Shown here: positions 46,201-58,200 of the stretch, piece after piece
How the letters are laid out: each line of letters starts with the position of its first letter
Numbering within the stretch: the stretch's first letter is position 1
Virus record (IMG/VR): IMGVR_UViG_3300045988_148502
Source: a virus
Length of the DNA: 64,000 nt
Direction: 5' to 3' (one strand)
Translations under genes and position numbers: made by a program
Notes under the pieces: generated by a model
Told to the model about the DNA's origin: nothing
The model's input: only the letters and a program-made list of their open reading frames with translations
The model's database searches: none

Positions 46201-49200
46201 GTATAGTGCATCATCACTTTCTGCAACAGTCTGATGATGTGGGTCGGAAACCGCATAATTTCCGACTTTCAGTTCATACTGCTTTGCCACATCAGCGGCT
46301 TCTCCCAATATGTTTCTGTATCTGCCCGGTTCCGCAAGGTTCTCGTAACTGCGCCACAAGATGTAGCGAAGTTCGTTGTCCGATAGAGTAACCCCTCTGA
46401 AATCCTCAAAGCCTATCTTATGAAGCATATTCAAGAAGAAATCCTTTATCTGTTGCCACCAACTTGCGTTGATGTTCTCAAATTCAGTATCTTCTGCAAG
46501 CGAAGCAAGATATTCTTCGGTAGCCTTATGGAAATCCCAACCGTTTTTTGCAGCCATATCTACAATGCGTCTGCGTATGTTCTCATCGGCATTGTTGAAT
46601 ACATTATCAAGGAATGTATCAAAATGTTCTCCGAACAACTGGCGCAAACCATAGTGCGCCACAGCCTCATGCAGCAGTGTCTGTTCAACATCAAACGTAC
46701 TTGTATGGTTGGGAATAACAATGGTTATCTTCCCTGTACTCTTCGAGTAGAAGCCTTTTGCACGCTGCTTCTTTCCATCCAAGACGGAAGCATCAGTAAC
46801 AACCTCCACATTGTCAAGATGCAGTTTCTCTGCAAGGCTTTCCACACGTTCTGCCATTCTTTGGCGTTCACGCCGTGCAAATTCCCTCCGCTGCTTTGCC
46901 GTTCTCCTTGACTGACCGAGCAGCTTTGCCACTGGGTCATTCTCATAACTGACTTCATCATCGTTATATGCACCAATGCCGTTACGTTGGAGAATATCAG
47001 TTGTGTCATCCTTTACTTTTACGCCTAATTTGGCAAGTTCCTTGACAACTTCTATTATGCGCTCCTCGGGAATATCCGCACGCAACTTTCCTCGGTAAGG
47101 GTAGAAGTTTCCACCTGCGGCACGAAGCAAGGTTTTGTTCTCGTAGTAAACCGCACCGTCTTTCTTTGTCTTTGGAACAGTGAGGTAGAACATCTTTGCC
47201 CAACTGTTACCCATAATCTCGACCTTTCCATCGTGGCTTGTTATAGGAGTATAGTCTTTTATCTGTTGTAAACGACTGCTCAATGGAGCACCGCTCGTTT
47301 TCAGCATAGAAGCATTCCATTTGTCGGGCATTAAGATACCATCGTGAACATTACCGTCAATGTCTGTATAACTAATGAGTTGTCCAGGATAGCCTCCGTA
47401 TTCATCTTGTGTATCGGCTATAGCCTGCAAGATATTACCTGTCATAATGAAACCTGTCTTTCGTGTCTCACTTGGTATCTGACTATCCCAATTATCAAGT
47501 GTGGTGGCACGTGCAGCATCCCAATTATCATTGGTTACCTTGTCAATGCTTCGCAACGCATCAATCTGTGAAAGTTTAATTTCAATACGTCTGCGACCGT
47601 CAAGGGTAGCAAATACCGCAAGTGTTGTTGAGGCTGTAATCTTGCTATCCTTTGTTTTGTAGCCACAGAAGATAGCAGAAGTAGCAAAGTCGAAAATCAT
47701 TGACTCAAGGTTATCGGGCACAAGATAAGACTTGCCAACTTCAAACATTCTCAAGCGGCGCATCATCTGGTCGCTGTTCGTGTTGAGTCGCAAGATGTTG
47801 TCCTTATGCTTTGCCTCTACCTTTTCATTGGTCTCTGCGATAAAGTTATCTATGGCAACACGCTTTTCTTCATCGCTGCGTTTCTTCTGACCATTGATTT
47901 TTTCTGTCTGCTTGGCTATGTCGTCAATGGCTTTTGCCTTTGATTTCTCGTAGCGTTCATCTTCTGCAGCAATTCTAACTTCGTCCTCCTTGCGGATAGT
48001 TTCAATAACATTGTCAAGATAGGTATTCGGCTCAACACCCTTGTTTATCTGTTCTATTACCTTGCGTATCTCATCCGCTTTCATCGGCTTTCTCAACACA
48101 TCCATTTCCACCTTTTCAACAAATGAATTGCGAGCAAATGGATTGTTTCCATCAGGGTCTATGCCCTCAGAAGATATGCGTTTCTCGATAGTCGTTGCGC
48201 GGAGTGGCATTACAGTAATCTTTAAGTCGTTACTGCCGGTATCATTGAGATATTTAATCAATTCGTTATAACGCCTTACGACATCATCGTAAAACTCCTC
48301 CTGCTCTTTTGTTGCCAATAGAGCGACATAACCTGTAATCTTGCGTGCATCATCTTCTTGCGGTTTGTAATCTTCAAGTTCGCTTGCCTGCACACGACCA
48401 CCTCCGAGTCCTCCCTTTTTCAAAGGAGTACCCATTTTCTCGTATATATCTACATTATCACGAAGATACTCAACAACAACTTGACTACCATACTTGTTGA
48501 GTAAATCCGGTGCTTCCACATCATTACTTTCACTATCCTGTGAGGTCGTGGTATTAGCGTTCAACGATTTCAGTTTGGTGGAAAGCATCATCAGGAAACG
48601 GTTCTCGGCGGGTACAGGCAAACCGAGGTTGATGTAATAACCTCTATGCACCTGTCCTGTACGGTCTATACGTCCTATCATCTGCATATAGTCGTTAATA
48701 TCGCTCAGCGGCTGTGCTATAATCATAGAACGCTGACGTTGGTCGCTGAATTTCTCTGAAGCGTGCAAACTGATACCTGTTGATGCAGACTTGTTGAGGA
48801 TGAGGACATCAAGAACACCACTGTTGAACTCTCTCTGCATTTTCTTTTTGTCTTTGTCAGTTCTACGCTTGACAACGACACGTCCGTCATCGTTGCGCTC
48901 AACATACATATTACGTCCTGTCAATTCACCTACTTTGTATCCTTTCTTGTTCAGACGCTCGATAATGGCATCAAGTGGACTGATAAAGATATCGCTTGTG
49001 CTTTCACGAATGAAATCCTGCAACTCATAATATGCTTTTTCTCCTGCCGGACCTAATGCCTGTGGAGAATATCGCTCGTGGCGTTCGTTACCGTCCTCAT
49101 CTTTGACGGTGTACTGCATAACGGTGTCAAGTCCTTTCAGTAGGCTTGCACTGAATGTTGGCTCATCAATGATTTCTCCTGCGGCATAGTCCTTAATACT

Positions 49201-52200
49201 GCTCTCCATTGTGCTTTCCAACGCAATAACAGGGTGGCGACCTGCATTGATTTCGCCTTCCACTTCATCTGCAATAGCATTGACTTTGAGGGCAAGCATA
49301 AGCTGCTTGGTGTAGTTGTAGGTCTTGCTTGCAAATGGCACGTTCTCAACGCCCATTTTATCTGTGCCTCGCTTCACACCTGCGCTCTCTGCCATAACAG
49401 CAAGTTCCATATCCAATGCTTCAATCATCGGCTTTACGTAGTCCTCTTGGAATTTGATAATGGCATTGAATGCTGCTATGGTACGGTCGTAATTCTCTCT
49501 TGCACGTCTAACAGTTTCGGGGTCAGTGATTGTTTTCCAATCGGTAACAACATCGCTCATATCTCGCTCTCTGCGTACCATTTGCCCTGCATTAGTCAAT
49601 TCACGACTCATAATCTCTTGCAGAGTTACACCGCCTTTCTCAATGATACTAATCATCTTATCCGGATCAACCTTTGCTTGGCTCATCGCTGTACGAATTG
49701 CATACAAAGGCATTGTGTCGGGACGCTTTGCGAACGTAGCACTTGCAAATGTGGCGGCTTTCGCTCCACGAAGAATACTTTGCAGATAGGCACCTGTATT
49801 GCTCGAACCTGCCGCCGTATGACTTTCATCAAGGAACAGATAGTTATCCTTTGCAATGGCACGTAAGAATGTGGCTTTCGGGGTAGCCTTGCCATTCTTC
49901 ACGTTCTTGCTTTTCTTGGTGCGTGCGCCACTCTTTTTGGCAGCTTCCTCCATTTCTTGCTGACTGACAACATCGCCAGTGTTTACCTGCGAATAGGTGA
50001 GTACAGCGAAGTCATATTCTTCGGGCAATGCTCCCGATGCAAAGACTTTTGCCATTTCTGCGGAAGATAGAGGTTTGTGTACTGTATTACCTTTGCTATC
50101 AACCATAGCACCGTCAGAGTTGAATATAAACGGCACGAGGTCTCCACTTCCAACATCTACCAAGTCTCGGTAAATATCGGAGAACAAGTCTGCTTTCTGT
50201 GTGATGAATACAGGTTTCTCACCTCGTTGCACTGCCCAACGAATAAGTGCTGCCATTTGGCGCCCCTTACCAACACCAGTTTGGTCGCCTATAATAAGGG
50301 CTTGTTCCTGTTTCATCTGATAGATTGCCATAGCGACACTGTCCATCTGCTCGGCGGCAAGTGCTTGATACGTTTCAGCAATGGTATCATATCCGAGTTC
50401 TGTCTTGACAAATTCATCTATGCTGCCGTGCTGTGCTTCAATTTGAGAAAGCACTTTATCCATTGCCTCGACCATAGCTGCGGGGGCAACGCTTTCAAGT
50501 CTGAATGCTGTATTATGAGGACGATAAGGAAGTTTTTCTTCAGTCAAATCTCTTTTCTTGGGTTTTCCTTTTAATCCCAGTCCGATTCGTTGAACGTCCA
50601 CTCCATCCACTGGCTGAGGCTCATTTCCCACAGTTCGTTGTTCAAGTCCTCTTCCGTCAGTTGAAGGCTTTCCAATGGTATCAGTTCCTCTCCCGGTCTC
50701 GCCAACTGTATCATTCTGTCCACGTTTTCCCAATACAGGTCGTTGGCCGCTCTCAGAGTTTCCCTCCAATCCGGTTCTTCCTCTCCGTTCTGTTTGGCTT
50801 CCACTCTCATCATCCGCCTCAGATTGTCTATTATGTCCTGCTCCGTCAGTTTCCCCGGATGCGTTGTCAGCGACAGACAGATGTCGCCCTCCTTGGCTAC
50901 GTAATACTTCTGTTCCATTTGTCTTTTCATTAAAATTCAATACTTCGTTAATAATCTCGTACAGGTCGTCAAAACTTTCAGCCTTGCGGATTGCTTTGTT
51001 CTCCACAGGAGGGTATACGGCAGTCTGCGCCCGTTCCTCATTGGTTCTGCGGCCATCTATCAGTATCATACGAGTGGGGAATGTTGTACCTTGCTTCGCA
51101 TACAGTCCACCGCCCATGTCAATAACGCCTTTCACGTTATAGTGGTCATATAAGTAGGTGAAAAATGGTTTCATGCTCTTTATAGCACCATTGTTCGCAT
51201 ACTCCATATTTCCACCGATGATGATAGCGGCTCTGCCGTCATCTTTCATGCTTGAAAGAGCGTTCAATGTTATTTGCGGGTCAAGTCCCGGTATCTTCTT
51301 TCCATCATACTCAACTGCCTCACGCTTTCCGAATGGGGGATTGGCGATAACAACATCATAACGCACATCGCCATCGAATGGCTCTGTCGCATCCTGCTGT
51401 GTTACTTGTGCAAATCCCTGTTCACGTAGGTTGTCCAGTCGTGTTTTGTCAAGTTCATTTACATGAACCTGTCCGACTGGAATAGTGAAAACTAACATCC
51501 CATTACCCGCAGTTGGTTCTAACACGCTTCCGTCTGCTTTGTCAGCCATTGCAAATCGGCCGGCAATCCAAGCCATAGGAAGAGGCGTGGAGTACTGCTG
51601 CATCTTTATACGGTTGCTGCTTCGTGCCGAAATGGTTGGTTGCATTTCATAAAGTTTGCAGATTAAATCGTATGATTCTCTGCTAGCACTTCCTTTACGT
51701 TCAATAACCTCACGTGCAGCTCTGACCAATCCGTCCTCAACAAGTTCCTGCAACAAAATATCAGTTCTTCCATCATTATCTACCTCCATTCCCAACTCAC
51801 TTGCACGCTTGCGTAGGTCTAAAATGCTTCTGTATGGCTTTGTCCCATTGTCAAGAGCCGCAAGCATATCAGCCTTTACTGTCATTGCAAATTGGCGATG
51901 CAGTTCTGCATCAGCCTTGTCATTTTCAGTAAGTAAATCACCAAATAACCCACCTGTTTGATTCCGTGAATTTACTGCTTTTTTCTCATTCTTCTTACGT
52001 GCAGGGCGACTTTTTTTGATACGTTCCTGTGCAATCTCTGCCTCTTGCTCCACCTCGGTCTCTCTTGTTACGGTTTCGGCGGTAGCAAGCGCATCAATAC
52101 TTTTCTTATCGAAATTCGCCACATCGAATTGTTGTACCTCATCGTATGGAGTCATGTCTGCATCCAGTCCGTTCTCTGCCACCTCCGGCAAATCTCTCGC

Positions 52201-55200
52201 ACCATTGTAAAATGCTTTAAGGTAAGGGCGTATGGCATCGCCCAAGTCTGCAATCATGGCCGTTGCATACTCGGCAAACTTACGTGAACCTTTCTCCAAA
52301 TGGTAAACAGCCATCTCTGTTCCAATGGCAAGAATCTCAGGGTCTATACCTATATTCATTTGACCGAGCAACTTCTTACGCATACGCTCACGAAGTTCTG
52401 CATAACGCTCATCAGTAACAAGACGGTTACCACTCGCTTCAGTCTTTTTCTGCGAATTGTCTTGTTGTTGCTCACTCCGCATATCGTTGATAAGAGTTCG
52501 GACTTCATTAGCAAACTTATCTGCACTATCTTTAGTCAGGAAAATAATATTTCCTTCATGATAAACGTCTCCACCACGCTTCTCTCCTAAATCCATCACA
52601 GCCTGTTTTTCCGCATCAATCATCTTCATCAAAGTACGAACAGAATATCTGTTATCCATTTCCTTGTCAACAACGAAATCTGTCCTTTTGTCACGAATTT
52701 CATCCTTTGCCTTGCGATCAAGTTCTCGGGTCTTAATTTTATTTTCGAGCGAAATGCCAACTGCATCCAAAACTTCTTGCATACCGTTCTGAGGATTGCG
52801 AAGAATGTCTAACATTTCCTCTGGACTGTTGGTTGTCTGACGAAAACGTGCATCACCAATAGGTATGGAACCGCTCACATCATCACGACTTAATGTAGTT
52901 TCCCCTGTTTCTTTATCAACAAAAACAGAGTATTGCCATATAGGAGTATATTCCTGCCTTTCCTCCTGCTTCGTGGCTTTCTGTTGTTGAGGTTCTGAAA
53001 ACTGCACATTGCCGTCATTTACTTCTGACAAATCAGACAAAGACAAAGGTGGTTGTGATTGTGCATCGGTTGCATATTCTGCCAAGCGTTCAGCATCTTC
53101 CTTGCTCCGCATCATGAAGCCTTGCTTTTCCTTGTCCCACCAGCCTTTCAGTTGTTTGGCAAACATTGTGGTGTGCTTCCGAACAGTATCTCTTAATTCA
53201 TTATTGAACTCCACAAGGTGCATATCCAACACCTTACCTCTTTTGGTGGTGTACTGTGCCGGAGTAATGGTGTATGCAGCATCAGTCGGTGTTGTCGTTT
53301 CTTCATTGGAATTGCTTTGTTCTAACTTCCGCTGTTCAGCAAAGAGGTCGTTTATTTCGGAAATAATGCGGGCTTCCTCAAATATATCACTCTGAACATG
53401 TGCGGCTTCTTGTTCCTTGTGCAGTTCTTCAATGCGTGACTTGATTTCAGAAAGTCTGTCGACTTGTGTACCTGAACTCTGTTCTTCAACACTTTTGACT
53501 GACTTGTATTCTGCAAACGCTTTTGTCTTCCGGTGGCTACTATCTATCCATTTCTCGAAATCCTCCAAGTTTACGGCAGTTACCACTGTCTTGTGATTAT
53601 TTGCCCAGTCGCTGTCATAATTCGCGAAGTAAGCTGCCTCGGCATCGTCAGTCTCATTGAAACCAAGCATTACCTTATGCTCATCAAAGCTGCCGTCCTC
53701 ATTATACTGGTCCACCACGAACACCCTGCGTCCGTTCCACCCGTCAATATCATCAGAGAGGAACACGTCTATGTGGTCTCCATCCACGCCCTCCGTGCCA
53801 CGAATGTAGCCGTAGGTGTTCTGCATGATCGTTTCCCACTTGTTGCCCTCTGTGTCTATTCCACTACGAACGGATCCTTTCGGGTTCTCAATGGTGATAT
53901 TGAATGTACCAACCTGCACATGACCTTTCTTATAATTGCCAGCTTCTTTCTGTTTCTCCGTAGGAGTAGTATCGGTTTCTTTCTCTGCCACTGCAACAGC
54001 ATTGGCTAAAGACAAAGATGCATCAATATAATTAAGAACATCCAATAAGTCTCCGAATGTTTGACCGTCATACTCATAAGCGCTACCTATATAATTACCT
54101 TTCGTATCAGGTGCATCAACTTTTATAACTTTATGAGTACCATCAACAATAATTGTCTGTTTATAAGTATCGCCATACTTTCCGCTTTCAATCCAATCAT
54201 CTTCTTGAACTTCAATACGTCTTGCTATTTTTGCACTAAGTTGATTGTCAGTATCATCAGAAGACAGCATTTCTTCTTGTGATAAAGAAGATTCTATTTC
54301 GCTTTGTCCACCAATGCTTTCAGTTCTTCCTGTATCATCAGTTGTCCCATTTCCGTTCTCAACTCGTTCTCTTGGCGCAAGAGTTCCATTGCTTCCTTGC
54401 TGCCCTCGTTGGCTTGTTGCAGTATCGCCAACCAATACATTGCTTCGTTGTTGTCCATTGTAATCTAAATTTAATGCTTCTTTAATAGCCTGTACGAGCG
54501 TCCGAGGGGTATTGTCCGGTTGTTCGAACAGAGTTTCTTCCTGTGTGCCTTGTATAAGGTCATAAATCTTGCCGAATGTATTTTGAATGAAGCTTTGGCT
54601 TTCACCTTTATACATTGCGGCCAAATGCAGGACAAAGTTACTGAAATTATCAGCAGGGAGATAACTTTCCCCAGTGACATCATCCATTTGATACTGGCGT
54701 TTCCAACTTTCTACGGCAGTACGTGCTTCCTTGAAGTTCTTTGCCTCTACAAACATTTTATCTTGGGACAAAGCATAGTAAGCACGAACGGAATTCTGTA
54801 TCTCATCTACCATTCGTTCACTGTTCGGACTATCATAATCACGAAAAGCAGTGGCAAGAATAGCCTTTTGTGCTTTTACCGGCAATACGTTGAACATTTC
54901 CTCCAACCGTGTACTACCGTCCTTGAAAATGCTTTGATACATGATACCACGCAAATCATTCTTGGATTCGGGAGTCAAGTTACCCTTGCTATCAAACGCA
55001 CTCTTGTATTGTGTGGGACTGATGAAACCTCTTTGGCTCATCCATTTTAGGACACTTGCACCGTTGGCATCCACAAGCCCGGCAAACGACACTTCATCGT
55101 CCGAGGCTCTGAGTAACAGGTTGGCAAACGAACGTACTTCGATTCCCATACGCTGTAAGGCATTTTTCGGTTTGATTCGTTCCACACCTCCGCTTTCGGT

Positions 55201-58200
55201 GTCCTGTGCTACGTATTGTCCCAGAGGAATAGCCGTAGCATCGTCCACATGAAGCATATTTACCAGCACCGGACTTTGTAGGGCAGCAATATCTTCAGCA
55301 CGCAAACCAAACTCTTCCGCATGGTCTTTCAGGTATTGCCTATATGCTTCGGCCTGTTCCGGATGGCTTTCCCACATCAGACGCAAGGCATCACTGCGGT
55401 TGTTTCCCTGTATAACTTCACCACGTTCGTTTACGGTCGGCGCACCGGTGTAAGCGGTAATACTCGATGTGATTTCTTCCGGACGAATGTTCCCGGCGAT
55501 TTTCCGTGCAGACAATACGCTCGCTTCGTCATTTCGTTCCTTGGGTTGCGCTTCATCAATAAAATGCAGAGGATTACGCACACCTTGGATATGGCTCGGT
55601 TGCAACAACGATGCGTCAATCACGGCCACATGACCGGGAGCCAGCACATCATTGCTGAACTTCACGTTCACCTCTTTACCTTGTACGGTCTGCAATGGTT
55701 CTTGCCTGTCAATCTTATGGCCGTTCACACGTCTGTACCCCCTTGCGCGGGCATCCTGCGGTGTATCATCCACCATGTCGGGAACTCCGTTAAGGGCTTC
55801 ACGCTCGACGCGTTCGGCTTCCTCACGCTCTGCACGCAGCTTTTCTTCTTCCGCTTTGCGTAGGGCGGCAGCTTCATCAGCCATTCGTTTGCGTTCCGCA
55901 TCCGCTGCCATTCTTCTACGGTTGGCAGTACCGGCTATCTTCTGCCAAGCGAGCAAATCCTGTTTGGCTGCATCAATCGCCGCTTTGCGTTCTTTCTCGG
56001 AAGCAATCTTTTCGGCAATGGAGTTGCCACCTTTCGATTTGGCTTTCTCCAACTTCTTCAAGGCTTCTTCCTTGTCGGCAACCATTCCATCGGCTACGGT
56101 CTGTGCCATATCCTCATCACCCTCAGTCTGCTCCACAATGGCATCCCAAGCTGTGTCGCTGTCGGCCTGCTCATATAGTGGATTTCCCTGCTCATCCTTT
56201 GGTATTCTCTGCATGGCAGGAATATTTTGAGGGGCATTGTTATCATTTTCGGGAATATTTTCCGCACCATTGTTGCTCTCATTTTCGGCAGGATGTTCAA
56301 ATGCCACTCCGTTATGCTCCAACAGCATATTGTCAAGTTCATCACGAGTGAACAGGTTCACACGTTTTCCGTTGATAGGAGCTTCGGTAAATACCTCATA
56401 CTTGCCGTCCGCATCGGCATCTGCTGTGATATTGCCACGGACGGTAACGCCGTTCTCATCGGTAAGCGAAACAATGTCATTGAGGGCGTATTGTGGTCTT
56501 TCAGCCTCTTGCATTTCCTGTTTCCGTTCGGCATTCTCAATGGTTCTCTGCTGCTCGAACTGCGCCACACGTGCCAAGTTTGCCGCATCAGCCTGTTGCT
56601 GTATGGTTTCTTTTGCCAACGGGAAGATATTCACGCCGTCCGATACGTTAACTGTGCCGTCCCCATTATCCACAATACCGTCTTCGTTGGCTACAATCTG
56701 AACCTGTATCTGTGCGTCATCTCCTGTAATGGTGTATGTATCGCCGGGGTTGAATGTAACCACACCGTCAATCTTGTCGGATGCTTCCTGTGCGAACTGT
56801 TGAATGATAGCCTCCTCCGCTGTCATTTTCTCATCGGACGGGTTCAACGGCTCATCAATGTTCAATACGGCATCGGGCGACACCTGTTCAAGTGCGCCTG
56901 TTTCCGCATCACGCACAATGATACTGCCGTCCGAAGCCCGGTTGTCAATGCCGCTGCCGTCTGCATACTGCACAAGGTTTCCACCCACCACATACACACG
57001 GCGGTCGTCCTGCTTCATCGTAGCCCCCTGTATCATGCCGGAGGTGCGGTTGGTGCGTGCGTCAACCATTGCGTTGCTTTGCTCCACACGTGCGTCTATA
57101 TCATCACGCACACGCTGAATCATGCCGTCATATACCTGTTTGGCATTGAGGTAGTCAATAACCGTTTCCAACTCGCTTTCTCCCCAAAGGCCATTGTTCC
57201 GCATTTCCTCCAATGCATTCATAGGATGTATATCCAAAAAGCCAAGCGTGTTTTCATCCACTATGGCAGAAACCCTCTGCCGCTGGTAGTCACGCATATT
57301 CTTGGCATCGGTCATTTCCTGTGGGTCTGCGAGGTTGTAACCGTCAATGTAGCTTTCATTCATTGACTGCACATCCTCGTCCTGTTCGCCGCCCCGCTTC
57401 TGTGCGAGAGTACCGAGGTTAAAGCCCCTCATCATCAACGAACGCTCCATATAGGTAAGTATTGCGGCTCTCTCATCGTCCGAGAAATCCTTGTCGTTCA
57501 CGATACCCTCTGCCACACTTCCAATGTCATCGTTGGTCGTAAGGTCTATTGTCGCCCTTAACGGCTCCCATATTTCTTTGCCAAGCAATTCTGTTGCACG
57601 GGCATCTGCCTTGTTTACTCCGTGCTTCATTGAAGCATACTGTACTCCCGACAAAGTAGCCTTACCTGCACCCATCAATCCCATAGAAAGAGCCATGCCG
57701 CCCCAAATGTCGCCATGGAATTGTCCTGTCGCAAGCAAATTGGTACGTGTGCCGTCCGGGTTCTGCTGATAAGCATCGTCGAGATTGAGCATGGTGCGCC
57801 ACAATTGCCCATAGTATTCTTCCGTTACCTCTCCGAAATAGTCGCTCACACCCATTTTGTTGAATAACTGATGTGTCTGTCCCATGATACCGTCCAACGC
57901 ACCTGCATCAGTCTTTGAAAGTACTGCACCGATACGCTTTGCACCCACCACATTGGCGAGTTTGCTCATATTTCCAAGAGTAACTACAGGGTCAAGGTGC
58001 GAACCGAACATTTCCGAATAGTTTTCAACGATGGCATTGGCTTCTCCTTGCCAAATGGCATTTCCCCAAGTCTTGTCGTTGGAAAAATCATAGTTTCCGT
58101 TCTCATCGACAACCACATCACCGAGTTTCCTGTCAATGATGTCGGCCGTGGTTTTCCCAGCCTGTACAGTGTTGGTCATCAGCGGAGCACGGAGAAGCAG

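Noticed and set aside
56227-57366. 379-aa + strand ORF antisense to the giant gene. Similar cases are 57997-58809 (270 aa), 42572-43387 (271 aa), 49234-49866 (210 aa), 27588-28214 (208 aa) and 26733-27317 (194 aa).
   Set aside because: These are antisense frames of long, confidently coding - strand genes. Their translations are Cys/His/Phe/Val-rich with no motifs. Such shadow ORFs are expected opposite very long genes.
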